Assembly: GCF_009914755.1 (NCBI RefSeq)
Contig: NC_060947.1
Source: the human T2T-CHM13v2.0 reference genome, Homo sapiens
Strand: one strand, 5' to 3'
Length of the DNA: 64,000 nucleotides
Shown: piece after piece, positions 28,961 to 44,977 of the stretch
Layout of the letters: the number at the start of each line of letters is the position of its first letter
Numbering within the stretch: the first letter of the stretch is position 1
Program-made: the position numbers and the translations under genes
The notes under the pieces: generated by a model
Told to the model about the DNA's origin: nothing
Seen by the model: the letters and a program-made list of their open reading frames with translations, nothing else
Databases searched by the model: none

Positions 28961-30204
28961 TGTTATCATTATCATTGTCATTTTATTATGTTTCATCTGA
29001 TACCTTCATTCCCAATTCTGTTCTTAAAATGTTGTCTCTTCAGTATCCCCAATGTGACCAATATTAGGAAGTAAGTATAAGGGTCATCAGTCATCTCTAC
29101 TTAGAAGTTCAATACTATAACTGATATCAGTGAGAGAACAACCATGGATCGTCAAGTTCACATTAATTTCTCTGATGTTACCCCAAAGAGATAATCAAGA
29201 AGTACTGGATACACAAAGACATCAAATAATATGTCCTCAAACTTTTCCTCACCCCCTGTATACCTAAGAAGCTCAGGAAAAATATATTCCAGACTTAAAC
29301 CAGAAACACTTGTTTCATTGGCCAGAATTACTTAAAAAACCTTGCCAGGCCTCATAGTTTCAAGGAAGCTGTTACTACACCCTGGGATTCCTGCCCCAAA
29401 GGTACCCTGACTATTGAGCTCTTACCTAAGAGCACTGGAACTAACTTGTGTCAGACAGAATTGCTGTTTTGTCCAGGAAAGAATATTTGTATGGCCCAGG
29501 TAACTGGTCTTTGATAAAAGTATAGAACTCTCCCATACTCAAAAACATCCCATCCATTTTTAAAATCCCAACCCACTGTTAATGGAGCAAATAAAGGGTC
29601 ACACATATTTAGTGTGCTTATTTAGTTATCTGTGGGTTATTTGAAAGCCTTGTAAACTAATGGAGCACATATACCGACTCACAATCATTTTTTACCAATT
29701 GACTTTCCCTCTTTATATTTCCTCAAGTAAACAATTATTGTAAAGCAATTATTCTCTTCTTATTAGTAGTAGTGTTGGGCAAGTAGTGAGAGGTGCTTTT
29801 GCAAAATAGACAGGTTTTCTCTCCACCACTTATGTCAACATCGTAAAAAGCATCAGATATAAAATATGATGACTAGAATCATATCCTGTGTTTCTCCAGC
29901 CTTACCAGTATGAATGGACTCACATTGTCAGTAATAAACTGCAGTTATTCCTTGGGACCTTGGGACTCCTTAGGAGATGCCTCACATGTACTCACAAGTA
30001 ATTCTATTGCCTTCTTGGCATCTTCTGGGTATCTATCTCCATATCTGCTGAGCGCCCAATAGTCATGGCTATCTCCTGTTGCATCTGGCTTATGGAAGCT
30101 ACACAGTACTCTGTTTTTCAGTAGGAAACGAAGTCTTGCTCAGAGAGGAACTTAAGCAGAGATGGTGGATCCCAGTGCCTCCCACTGGGCTCTTACTGCC
30201 ATAT

Positions 30205-33090
30205 AGATGGTCCTTAAAGCCATGGGACCAGGTAATATCACCTAGTAAGAGAGTGTAGATAGAGAGTGGGGGCCTAGGTCCAAACCATAAGGAATTGCAG
30301 CATTAAGGAGTCTAGTAGAATGAGAGGAGCCTACAAAGAACACTGGAAAGGAAAGGCCAGTGAGGTAGAAGGAAAATCAGAAAGATACAGACACCAAGAG
30401 TAGAAAGAGTTTCAAGAGGCAAGTAGTCAATGGTCTTTAATGCTGCTGATAGATCAAGTAATTTGAGGGCCCTAAACTGCCCACTGGATTTGTCAAAATG
30501 AAGATTGCTGGTGAGATTATTCATAACTGCCTCAGTGGAGTGATGAGTAAAGAAGCCAGATGTAAGACAGCCAAAGAATGAATAGCAGGTAAGGAAGTGG
30601 AGATGGCACAATATTTGAAGGCATCTATGAAGGAGTTTTACTGTGAAGGGGAGCAGGGAAATCTTGGAGGGGATATGAGGTTACAGGATTTTTTTTCAAG
30701 ATGGGAGATAGTAGAGTAAGTTCAAATGCTGATGGGAATGTTCTAGTAGGGATGGAGTAATTGAACATGTAAAAGAGGATAAGCAAAGGAATAAATGCCT
30801 TGAGTGGGTCAGAAGTTTTGGGATACAGGTCACAAGTGGTGAAGTTGGTCTTCAAGAGGGAAGAGTGGTGTATTAGTCTGTTCTCATGCTACTAATAAAG
30901 ACATACCTGAGACTGGGTAATTTATAAAGGAAAGAATTTTAATTGACTCACAGTTCCACATGGCTGGGGAGGCCTCACAGTCATGGTGGAAGATGAATGA
31001 GGAGCAAAGTCACGTCTTACATGGAAGCAGGCAAGACAGCATGTGCAGGGGAACTCCCCTTTATAAAACCATCAGATCTTGTGAGACTTACTCACTATCA
31101 CGAGAATACCATGGGAAAGACCCACCCCCATGATTCAGTTACCTCCCACCAGTTTCCTCCCATGACACATGTGGGAATTATAGAAGCTACAACCCAAGAT
31201 GAGATTTGGGTAAGGACACAACCAAACCCTATCAAGAGGGCTTGTGCAGATAAAGATAGAATCATGGGTTTGGTAATGAAAATATTCATTCATTCAATGA
31301 ACACATACGAGGCACTATTTTAGGCTATGTCTGAGGATTCTATGAAATAGACCAGTCCTTATTCTCATGTCATGGAGTTTTCAGTCTAAGGGAGAATACA
31401 TATGAAAACTTTAAAACATGTAGTATATCGTAGAATTTCAGAGAGAGAGAGAGAGAGAAGTGTTATGAAGAAGCATAAAACAGGCTAAGGGGTTAGTGGG
31501 AAATTGAGTGTATGGGGAGTTGAAGTGGTTATTTTTAAAAGGGTAGCCAGAGAAGGAGACTCTGAGGAGTAGAGACCTAAAAGAATGTGAGGAAAGAATG
31601 TTTCAGGGAGAGGGAACAGTGAGCAAAAAACTTCCAGGAAAGGAACACATTAGAAGAACTTGTGGAAGAAGCCAAGTGTGACTGGAAACTAGTGAAGAAG
31701 AGTTGGAGTCAGGGTTGGAGAAGTGGGTGTGGGAAATTTATGAACATCCTGGCAAGCCATGGCAAAGACTTTAGATTATATTCACAGGCAGTGAGAAGCA
31801 CTGGAGGATATTAAGTAGAGGAGTGACATGATCTGAATTACTCTTTAAAATGATCAGTCTGGCTACTCTATAGGGAATGAATTGTAGAAGAGCAAGAGAA
31901 AAAGCAGGGAAACACTAGAACCCTTGGGGAAAATGTTAAGTGAGACCAGTCAGCATGGCTATGTGCTTTCCTCCAGAGAGGTTTATATGCTCAGGAGCTG
32001 GCACAGAGTAGATGAAAAGTTGGGCTTAACCACCATTGAGGTTTTGCAAGACAAGTCGATGGAGGGAGACAGGGATAAGTCATTTGAAAATATATGCAAG
32101 AGGGTGATCATAATATTGGATCGTGGAGTCTAAGTTGGGTAAGGAAGGAAGCAAAGACATGAGTGTTTCAATTGGTCCTTGAAAAAGGGATAAGTTTAAT
32201 GGACTGGAGGCCTAAGTAAGAGTCAAAGAATAGTTGGGGTGGGAGAACTATAGGAAATGAGCTGGAATGGTTGGAGGTGGTAGTGTGCGGCATGCTTGAA
32301 GTTAAAATTTTGCAGGTGGTGCATTACATTTTTTCAATAACATAAAGGTCTAAGGTATGACTGGGAGTAAATGGCTGCCGTGGGATGAGGGGGAAAAGAG
32401 ATGAAGAAAAAAGGAGAAAATTATGGATCTAAGTGGCCAGAGTGTTAGATGAGTTCTATACTTTGAAGTGACCAGAAATACCAGTAGTTTTGGCTGAGAA
32501 GACACGAAGGCAGGTATTGAAATCTTCAGTGAATAACTAGGAATGACTGGTGGAGGTGGACGGTGATGATAGATAACTGCAGTAAGGAGAGGATTCTTCT
32601 GTTATCTCAAGGAAATATAAAATGAGGTCATCAGCTGAGAATGAGGGGTGTATGAGGCTTAAGGAGACAGAGGATAAGGTATGAAATAAATGTTATGGAT
32701 AATGAGAAAATGAACTTACCAGGGAAATGTACCAGGATTGACTTGTGGTATTAAGTGTCATTCGATATCTGTGATCATGAATTTAAAGTGAAGGCAGGTA
32801 TTCCAGTTCTGTGACTGTCTCTAGAAACATGTTGGCTCAGGGGCTGGGTTCAATCAGAGTTGAGCTTTTGCCAGGTGAATACTATGGGGGAGGGGAGAGA
32901 GAGAGAGAGCCACAGACTAGGGTCGGGGGAGAAGAGCACAGATCAGGGAGTTGCAATGAAGTGCTTATAATAATGGCTCATGGAACCTAAGCTGGACAAG
33001 GAAGAGAGGACAGGAGGAAGCTGAAATTTGAGAAAAAGTGATGAGTCACTGGATTGGAGGTCACGATGCAGTCAAAATATTTACGTGTTT
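30205..33090 (-). mobile_element. Cluster of L2 fragments, split by a THE1 LTR
   Basis: Antisense L2 motifs 'aatgctgctgatagatcaagtaa', 'ggagttttactgtgaagggga', 'agtgacatgatctga'. Confidence 0.75.
30869..31234 (-). mobile_element. Solo THE1 (C/D-like) MaLR LTR
   Basis: 'tgtattagtctgttctcatgct...gagatttggg...ccaaaccctatca'; 5-bp TSD agtgg/agagg. Confidence 0.93.
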
Positions 33091-33228
33091 CTGAATCCTA
33101 GCTTAGATTAAAACCTGAATGACTCTCCCTCCGCATACCCCATTGACAGAGCCAAATCCTAGCATCTACCCGGCTAACTGGATCCATTGTGCAGCAGTTG
33201 ATTGTTAAAACATTTGTAGAATGGTTGA

Positions 33229-34341
<1,113 letters not shown>

Positions 34342-34961
34342 CAGTGGAATATTTTAAATTACTGCATAGTTACATATAGCCTTTGGCTTTACTTTAGCTA
34401 TATAAACACAAGTCCTAATGAGCTCCTAAAGTCTATGGAGAGTCCCCTTTGGGATGGTCAAGCCCATTCAGGTTTTGCAAACACCCTTTCCTGAGGTCCA
34501 TCAAACTTTAGGAAATTCACAAATTTTGGTGATAATCATAAAGAAATTTGACTCTGAATCCTTGCATAATTTTGCTACTGAAACTGCAAAATCTCAATTC
34601 TCTGTTTTACAGTACACTCTGTGGAAGAACATGTTCTTCCAGGATCTGGGTTAGAGAGCATTTGGTTGAGATCACTTGGGTAACAAATGCATTCATTGAT
34701 GACTTCGAAGACAAGACCCAAGACCCAAGGTTTTGTTGTTGTTGTTTGTTTGTTTGTTTGTTTTTGCTCTTTTCTTATTTAGGGTGAGTCCTCTCTCATC
34801 CTAGGGGATGACCCCACTTTCCTAGACAGAGGTTAGGCCAGTCTTTGGGATTTTTTTTTTTTAATCCCAGAATTTTAACCCTACTATCCTAGAAGACTAT
34901 CCGTCTGTTTGTGATTCCTCTCAAAAGGGGCCCAGGGGCCATCGTATAGATGATCTTGTGC

Positions 34962-35102
34962 TCTGGTCTGTCAGTTCAGAGATTCTGATGTTCTGGAAGT
35001 TTCTGGACTTCTTATGTTCTGGCCTGTCAGCTCAGAGTTTCTGATGTTCTGGAAGTTTCTGGACTTCTTGTTTCTGGCCTGTCAGCTCAGAGTTTCTGAT
35101 GT
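34962..35102. repeat. Minisatellite, 55-56-bp unit x ~2.5
   Basis: TCTGGCCTGTCAGCTCAGAGTTTCTGATGTTCTGGAAGTTTCTGGACTTCTT repeated. Confidence 0.92.
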
Positions 35103-35157
35103 CACTTTGCAGATCAGGTTCCTACCATACCCTTGCTTCTCTTAAAAAGAAACTATT

Positions 35158-35518
<361 letters not shown>

Positions 35519-35559
35519 CTAGCCAATCAGTTAGAAAGTCCTTATAAGGGAAGTAGTAC

Positions 35560-36225
35560 AACATGAGTTAGCACAGGAACTCTACAAGTAAACTGATTCA
35601 GTCCCCACCAATTACTAACTGTGACCTTTGTACCTAACTGGTAAGTCTCAGTTTTTTTATCTGTATAATACGGTTAATAATAGCTGGGAAGATTAAAAGA
35701 GATAAATCCTGTAAATTACATAGTGCAACCTATGGCTCATTGTAAGTGTTCTAGAAATGTCTGTCATTATTATTATTGCATTATGCTAGAATGCAAGCAC
35801 TACAAGAGCAAGAATTTTCGTCTGTTTTGCCCATTGCTGTATCCTCAGTGCCTGGAACACAGCTTGGCATACTATAGGCACTCAGTGATTATTTGTTGAA
35901 TAAATTAATAACATGTGTCTTGTTTCTTGTAATTCCCACAGTTTGGCATATCTAAATAATTATTGAAACCCTGAATCCTAAAATATTATGGTTGGAAAAA
36001 CCTGAAAAATCAAAGCCAAACTACATAGATTCAAATTTCGAATCTCCCACTTACTAGCTGTGTGACATGGGCAAAGTTACTTGACTACTCTGTGCCTCAG
36101 TTTCCTCATGTGTAAAATGGAGATGATAATAACAGCCTCTAACTCACTGGGTTTTTATGAGCATTTTACAAGTTAATATATGTGCCTGGCATTTAATCAA
36201 TGCTGTATGTATTAGCTAGTAGTAG
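35560..36225 (+). mobile_element. MIR / L2 tail / MIR cluster
   Basis: 'tgtgacatgggcaaagttacttgactactctgtgcctcagtttcctcat'; L2 end 'tttgttgaataaat'. Confidence 0.75.
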
Positions 36226-36632
36226 TAGCAGTAGTTACTGAGTTAGGGATCTTCTTACTTTCAGCCCAACATTTATCAGTTGATTGAGTTAGGTACTTCT
36301 CAGCTGGAATGAATGACACTTTTCCAGGTTTCTGGAACTATGTAATTGCTTCTGTGAAAGACAGCGGATTTCTGTGCCTCACATCTCTGTGCTATATCTG
36401 GTAGCTTTTCGCTGTAACATTTAGATTTCAAATTCAGCATTGTTTACTTTGTCATCAAAATGAGAATATGTACTTTTCTTGGTGCTGGAAGTATGTTCTG
36501 TACCAACATTATTCAGAGTCTTCATCATCTTTTAATTTCCAGTGCCTGGCACATATTAAAGTTCAGTTAAATACTAGTTATTTGTTGAGAGAATGTACCT
36601 TTCTATCTTTGCCATATAATTTTACAGAGATA

Positions 36633-36840
36633 GCAGGAGTCAGCAAACATTTCCTGTAAAGTGTCAGAAAGTAAACATTTTAGGCCTAGGGGCCAGACAG
36701 TCTCTGCCACAGCTATTCAACCTGTGCTGTGAAAGCAGCCACAGACAATGTATAAACAAATGGCTGTGGCTGTGTTCCCATTAAAACTTTATTTACAAAA
36801 ACAGGTGGCCAGCTCATGGGCCATCGTTTGCCAACTCCTG
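36633..36840. mobile_element. MER58A (hAT-Charlie)
   Basis: Terminal inverted repeats CAGGAGTCAGCAAAC / GTTTGCCAACTCCTG. Confidence 0.85.
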
Positions 36841-37776
36841 GTTTATAGGGTGGCAAGAAGCTTAGAGGCAAAAATAAATAAGAGTGGTAAATCTAGTTAA
36901 AAACATATACTCAAATGGGTTGTAAGCATTGAATTTCCACTTAAACTGTTGAGTGGAGGTTTAAGTCACAGACAATTTCACCTGAATTCTAAGTTTTTCT
37001 ATTGGATGTTGTCTGGATCTGTTTTACCTATATGGGTAAATGAATCAAACAGCAAAGACCAAAACAAAATTAACTATCCATAAATGAGTTTGAAGGCCAA
37101 GAGTACAGTAGTTCACACTTAATGCTTATTTATTCTCTTGGCTTGTTATACATACTTGATTCTTTTTGTGTACCAATAGTTGTACATCATATGACTTAGG
37201 GTGTGGCTGGTTAGTGGTTCACAGGTACAGTAAAGGACTCCTGGGGAATCTTACTTTTTTTTTTAACCTATTTCTTCTACCCTCAAACCTACACTATAAA
37301 GTCTCTACATACTCTTCCTTTTTAAAATGTGGCAGAAAACAACAGGGAAAAATATTTATTTATTCATTCATTCAATAACCGACTAAGCACCTAGTCTATG
37401 CCAATGTTTATAGAAATTAGAGGAGGAAGATAAAAGGTTGAAAAAAATGCACCACCTATTCCTGCTATTATAGAGCTCACAAGCTAGTAGGGAAGACAGA
37501 CTGGAAAACAGGCAGTAACACTTACAATTCAGGGTGGTATTGTTAATGTCATTGGAAAGCACTGGCTAGTCCCAGAATTTTAAAATCATACCATATATTA
37601 TTTGGATGCTAGAGACTTATGTTGGAACTCCAGGAAGTTTAGAGCTGGTAGCTGGTGTAAGTAAAATTAATCACTGTTATAGCAGTTAATTTTATATGCA
37701 TATGGATGTGCTTTAAACTAAATCTTATCCCTAGAAAGAATCCACTCAGAATAAAGAATTTTTCTAATTTGGTTAG

Positions 37777-37952
37777 CTTATGAAGTAGCCATTAATGATC
37801 CGAATTTGTTTGACATTTGTGGGGAAAGTTTGTCTGAAGAAGATGACAAACCCAAAGGGACCTGGAGTCAGCGGCCTTCGTTCTCTCATGATCAATACCA
37901 GACTGCACAGAACAGAGTGCAGAAAATCAGGGGGAAATGTCACTTGTTATAA
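37777..37952 (+). CDS. Candidate terminal coding exon ending in a CaaX motif: YEVAINDPNLFDICGESLSEEDDKPKGTWSQRPSFSHDQYQTAQNRVQKIRGKCHLL*
   Basis: Acceptor 'tttttctaatttggttag|' (phase 1); 57 sense codons then TAA; non-repeat with retained CpGs in AT-rich flanks; basic residues before CHLL; ATTAAA at 38104. Confidence 0.6.
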
Positions 37953-38379
37953 ATATGTACCATGACTAACTGATGTATTTGGCATAGGAGAATAATTGGA
38001 AATTCTATTTATGGTCCTATTTACACTTCTATTGTCAAAATTAATGATTCACTATGAGTGAGAATTTTTGCCTATATTCATTACCAACATTGCCTGTGAC
38101 TAAATTAAAATGTGTTTGTATTTCCACAAATCTTGATTTTCATGGCAAAGCTCCAGACCCAGTCAATTTTTATGTGCTAAGATTTCTGCCCAGTAGCCTA
38201 CAGTCTTCCTTAAATTAAGAAATCCTTACCCTTCAAAAGAGACATTTATTTTTAATAAGTTTTATTAACTACTGAATAGACACAAAAGAAATATATACCA
38301 TAGGTATAGAGAATGACAATAGCACAAACTCTGAAGTAGCCACCATTAAGAAACAAGAAGTAAGCTCATATTTTGAAAA

Positions 38380-39490
38380 TTAAAATGAGTTTTGTAAGGG
38401 TAATGTATCACATGGTACAAATTCAAAATGTACAAAAATGTACAAAATGTACAAAAAAACTGCCATTTTTCCTGTGTCCAGTATGTAAAGCATTTCCTCA
38501 TTCTTTTTGTTAATAGCTGCATAGTGTTGTATACTTAGCATCGCTTATTTAATCAGTCACCTACTGATTTATATTTAGGCTTTTTCTGATATTTTCCTGT
38601 TACCAAAAAATGCTGCAATGACTAACTTTGTATGTAAATCACACATATATGAGTACATCTGTAGAACAAATTTCTAGAAGTTGATCTGTTAGGACAAAAG
38701 GCATGTGAATTTTCATAGAAAGACAATTTATACTTTTACTACCAATATACGAGGCATGCTTGGTTTCCCATATTTTCGTCCACAAAATGTGTCATTAAAC
38801 TTTGTCAATGTTGTAGGTAAAAATGGTATTGTGGCGGAGTTTAAATTTGCATTTCTTATTATTACTGAAGCTGAGCCCCTTTTTATATGTCAACAGCCAT
38901 TTGTATTTGCTCTTCCACGAGCTGCTTGTTCATCTTCACTTTTTTTTCTATAAGGCTTATTGGTCTTTTACTGATTTGTAAACACAATTTATTTAGGGAA
39001 ATTTGCTCCTTGATAATAATCCTCTTTCCTCTCCGTTTACTTGTATTTTCATTTTGTTTAGGTGGTTTTTGCCATGCAGAAATTCTTTTTTTTTTTTTGG
39101 GCTGGGGGGGAAGATAACATCCTGCTCTGTCACCCAGGCTGGAGTGCAGTGGTGTCATATTTTACTGCAGTCTCAAATTCCGGGGCTCGAGCAATCCTCC
39201 CACCTCAGCCTCTAGAGTAGCTGTGACTACAGGTGCATGCCACCATGCCCGGCAAATTTTTGTTGTTGTTGTTACGATGAGGTCTTACTGTATTGCTCAG
39301 ACTGGTCTCAAACTCTGGCCTCAAGTGATCCTCCTGCCTTGGCCTCCTAAAGTGCTGGGATTGCAGGTGTGAGCCACTGCACCCAGCCAGAAATTCTTTA
39401 TTATTATGTAATCAAGTGTATCAATCTTTATAAAAAAAGTTTTCTGGATTTAGTGATGTATCTAGAAAGGTCTTTTTTACTCTGAGGGTA
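38380..39490 (-). mobile_element. L1ME-type fragment interrupted by AluJ
   Basis: 'aatgctgcaatga...tttaaatttgcatttc...gccatttgtattt'. Confidence 0.7.
39085..39388 (-). mobile_element. AluJ
   Basis: Antisense Alu with J-type 'gctcgagcaatcctcccacc'; TSD agaaattcttt. Confidence 0.92.
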
Positions 39491-39943
39491 AAAACAACAG
39501 ACATTTAAACAGAGTCGTGATTCATGAGTTTTCCTGCTGCAGAGTTAAAATACTATTTTACAAGTAGTATCTTTATATCTGACCTCCAGCACTGAATGGA
39601 ATGAACTGGGTAGAAAGGATTTTGCACAGTGAACCTTCACTCATGGAACCCAGTTGCTATGGAAATTTGATCCAGCTCTGTTGCTTAAAAAACGCTTATT
39701 ATTTGTCTATTACAAGTAAAATACTGTGATAGGCACCTTGTGGGATACCCATATGAAACAGAAAAAAATAGACCTTGTCCTCCAAAGAACTTGTACTGTA
39801 GTGTGGGAGATAGGTATATTTATAAAACGAGGAGGGAGTGAAGAGGGCAGTGTTGTGAGTGGTATATAGGGGTGAGTGGTTGGGCTCAATATAGGTTGAG
39901 TATAGACCTAGTTATTACTGATGAGTGATGTTCTTATGTAGAG

Positions 39944-40216
39944 AAGGGGTTAACAAGCTTTATCTGTACAGAGCCAGATAAATATTTTTGGCTTTACAAC
40001 TGCTTAATCTGCATGAGCAATGAAAGTGGCTGTATCCCCATGAAACTTGGTTTATGAACTGAAATATGAATGTCATGTAATTTTCACGTGTCATAAAATA
40101 TTATTTTTTACATGTTTTCAAGCATTAAAAATGTGAAAAACACTCTTAGTCATTGGCCATACAAAAACAGATGGCAGGCCAGATTTGGTCCACAGGTCAT
40201 AGTTTGCCAACCCCTG
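39944..40216. mobile_element. MER58B-like hAT MITE
   Basis: Ends '...gtttgccaacccctg'; perfect 8-bp TSD ATGTAGAG at 39936 and 40217. Confidence 0.88.
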
Positions 40217-40984
40217 ATGTAGAGGAATAATTGTGAAATCTTATCCCCGGGGGGAAATGATTTCAGAGCGACCTATCAATTACTGAAAGCCTCAAAACTG
40301 ACTTGAAATTCATCCCTTTATTTAACTTGTGCAACAAGAATCTGGAAGCAATGAATGGGGAAGCCATGAGTATGTGACCTACTGCTGCTTAGCTAAACAC
40401 TGCCTTGAGGTGGAGAGGATGGAGTTCTTTGAGTCAAATTCACCGATTCCTTCTGTTAAACTGCCTTTCACCTAATATTTCTGTCAGAGGATCTAGAAAC
40501 TATGGTGATTGATGCCATAGAAACACACAGCGAGAGAGCAGGGTGATGAGTTTGTGGATTGTGGCATGGCTGAGAGGCAAAAAGCTTTTTAGCTGCCAAT
40601 CTTGAGGTAAAATAATGGAACAAAATGCAATGCAGCTAGCATGCAGGGAGCTTTTCTGTTTACAGAGCACTTTTACATATATTATCACCTTTAATTTTAC
40701 TCAAAACTCGTGATAACTCTGTGGGGTAGATATTTTTATGATTTAATAGATAAGGATCTGAGCCTTTTCTTATGGTACTATTCACATTGCCTTAAGTATA
40801 AGGACCAGATGTCCCTCAATGCTAAGGCTAAAACCACAATTAATAAATGATAGTGAGAAACATGATGATAATAAAACATGCTATTCATTGGATGTTGGCT
40901 GTATTTCAAACACTGAGCTAGGCAATTGACATGTGATGCCTCATTTTGGCCTCACAGCTGCTCGATTATGGAATCATTTCGCCA

Positions 40985-41225
40985 TTGTGCTTAGGATCAC
41001 AAGCTTTGGAGTCAGAAAGACCTAGGTTCAAGCCTTGGTTCTGCCACTTAGAGCTTTGTGACCTGGGAAAATTTAGTGAACGTCTTGGAATTTCAGTTTT
41101 AGGATCTGTAAAAGATGGGTGACATAATATTACCTACTTCTAACTATAGTGGGAGATAATGAATGTAAAATGCTTAGCATGGTGTCTCACACCTTCTTAG
41201 TGCTCAGTAAATCTTCATTACTACT
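40985..41225 (+). mobile_element. MIR
   Basis: 'gctttggagtcagaaagacctaggttcaag...tgtgacctggg...gtgctcagtaaat'. Confidence 0.8.
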
Positions 41226-42369
41226 ACACAGAGCTTAAAATAAGTGAGTGATTAAAATAATTTAATAGAATCCACACACTTGGCATTCAGACCTTTTTAA
41301 TGTAGTCAAGTGTATCGACTAAGTTTGCAACTTCCTGGAAGTTGCAAAATAGTAGAAAGAGTCCTGTGTCCCAGTTTTCCCCAATGGTGACATCTTATAT
41401 AGTTGTAGTACAATATCAAAACCAGAAATTTGACATTGGTATAATACTGTTAGGTAAACTAAAGATCTTATTCGGTTGTCCACTTTTTAACCTGCACGCA
41501 CGTGTGTGTGTGTGTATAGTTCTGTACAATTTTACCTCAAGTATAGATTCATGCAGCTACCACCACAATCAAGATACATAACTGTTTCCATTACCACAAA
41601 ATAACTCCCCTTTGCTAACTCTTTGGATTTGCATGTAACTCCCCACAATCCTTGTTCCATGGAAACCACTAATCTGTTGTTTTTGTCATTTCAAGAATAT
41701 TAAATAAATGGAATCATACAGTATATCAACTTTTGATATTGATTTTTTTCACTAAGCATAATGCCATTGAGGTCTATCCAAGTCATTGCATGTTATCAGT
41801 TGTTCATTCCTTTTTATTGCTGAGTAGCTAGAGTTTCTACAACGGTCACCCATTGAATGAAATTTGGTCTGTGTCTAGTAATTTGCTATTACAAATAAAG
41901 ATGCTATGAATAATAGTGTTCAATTTTTTGTGTGGACATACGTTTCCATGTCTTTATGCTCTGGAGAGTGATTGCAGAGTCATATGGTAAATGTATGTCT
42001 AAATTTATGAGAAACTGTGAAACTGTTTTTCAGAGAATTTGCAACCATTTTATATTCCCAACAGCAATGTTTCAGTGATCCAGTTTCTCCACATCTTTAC
42101 CAACATTTAGCATTATCATATGTTCTATTTTAGCTGTTCTAATAGGTATGTTATAATATCCCTTTGTAGTTTTAATTTGCATTTTCCTAAAGGCTAGTGA
42201 TGTTGAATATTTATTCTTGTGCTTATGTGATATCCATGTCTCCTCTATGGTAAAATATATTTTGATGTCTTTTGCCCATTTTACAACTGGATTAATTGTT
42301 CTTTTTACTGTTGAGTTTTGAGAGTTTTTTATATTATAGATATAAGGACTTTGTTGAATATATGGTTTA

Positions 42370-42812
42370 TGTTGTGGGCTTGTGTACCCCAAAAAGATAT
42401 ACGTAGGTCAAAACCCTCAGTACTTGTGAATGTGACCTTATTTGGAAATAAGTTCTTTGCAGATATAATCAAATTAAAATGAGGTCCTATTGGATTAGGG
42501 TGAGCCCTAATCCAATGATTGGTGCCCTTATAAGAAGAGAGAAATTTAGGCATAGGCACACAGGGAGAAGACCACGTGACAAAAGAGGCAGAGTGATGCA
42601 TCTACAGCCAAGGAATGCCAAATATTGCCACCAGCGACCAAAGGTTAGAAAGAGGCAAGGAAGAATCCTTCTCCAGCCATCAGATAGAGCACAGCCCTGC
42701 TGACACCTTCATATTGCACTTACAGTTCCCAGTACTGTGAGAGAATACTTTTCTGTTCTTTTAAGCCACCAAGTTTGTGGCAATTTGTTATGGCAGCCCT
42801 GGGAAACTAAAA
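42370..42812 (+). mobile_element. MLT1 (B/C-like) MaLR LTR
   Basis: 'gtgaatgtgaccttatttggaaata...tttgttatggcagccctgggaaactaa'. Confidence 0.88.
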
Positions 42813-43166
42813 TTTCCCATTTGTAAATATTTTCTCCCAGTCTCTAGTGGGTCTTTTCATTCTCTTAACAGGACTTTTCCAGAGAAACATTTTAATTTTA
42901 ATGAAGTCCAATTTATTCATTTATTTCTTACATGAATTATGCTTCTAGGGTCATGTCTAAGAACTCCTTTCTTAGCTCTGGATCACAAAAATTTTCTTCT
43001 ATGTTTTCTTCTAAATTTTAAAAATAATTTTATGTTTTCATTTAAACCTATTATCCATTTTGAATTAAGTTTTAAATATGGTGTGAGGTTGTTCTAACAC
43101 CATTTGTTGAAAGCATTATCCTTCCTCCATTGAATTGCTTTTGTACCTTTGTCAAAAATGAAGTGA

Positions 43167-43754
<588 letters not shown>

Positions 43755-44238
43755 CTATACTAGGATTCTCATTCTGTTACCTTGATTTACATATCTATTT
43801 CTTTGCCAATACCACATTGTCTTGGTTCCTATAGCTATATAGTAAGTCTTAACATTAGGTAGAGTGATTCCTTGTAATTTATTCTTTTTAGCAACTGATT
43901 TAACTATTCTAGTTCTTTTGCCTTTCCGTATATATTTTGAAATAATCTTGTCTATATCTACAAAACATCTTTCTGAGATTTTGATAGAGAATGCATTAAA
44001 CCTGTAGATCAACTTGGGGAGAATTGACATCTTTACTATATTGATTCTCCCAATCCATGAACAAGGCATATCTCCCTATTTATTTACAGCTTTGATTTTT
44101 TACACCAGCATTTTATAATTTCCAGCATAGAGATCCTATCACATTTTGTTTTATTTGTATCTAAGTAATATATTTTCTTTAGAGTGATTGAAAATAGTAT
44201 TGTTTTAAATTTTCATTTCTATATGTTTGTTTCTAGTA

Positions 44239-44452
44239 CAGTAGTCCCCCAATCTATCAACCACAGTCTGAACAGTATTTTGGGAGACAATCTCTTACTG
44301 TGCCTAATTTATAAATTAGAATTTTATCATATGTATATATGTATGTATGTATAGGAAAAAACATAGTATATATAGGGCTCAGTGCTGTCTGAGGTTTTAG
44401 GTGTCCACTGGGGGGTCTTGGAATGTATTTCCTATGGACAAGGAGGTGCTAC
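44239..44452. mobile_element. MER44-like TcMar-Tigger MITE
   Basis: TA|CAGTAGTCCCCC start; 'tccactgggggtcttggaatgtatt' end. Confidence 0.75.
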
Positions 44453-44702
44453 ATAAGAATGTGAGGTAATTTTGCATGTTGATCTTGTATTCCAACACCT
44501 TGCTAACTCACCAATTTTATAAGCTTTTTAAAGATTTCTTGATATTTTCTATATAGACATTCATGTCATCTCCAATAGAGACATTTTTCATTCTTTCTTT
44601 CTTTCCAATCTTGATGCTTTTATTTCTATTCTTGATTTATTGCAGTGGCTAGAACTTCTAGGACTATACTGAATAAGAATGATAAGATTGAACTTTTTTT
44701 AA

Positions 44703-44976
<274 letters not shown>

Positions 44977-44977
44977 C

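Noticed and set aside
29000-30200. 1.2 kb without a recognised repeat, with an acceptor-like site at ~29899
   Set aside because: Short frames only, donor phase incompatible, no homology recognised
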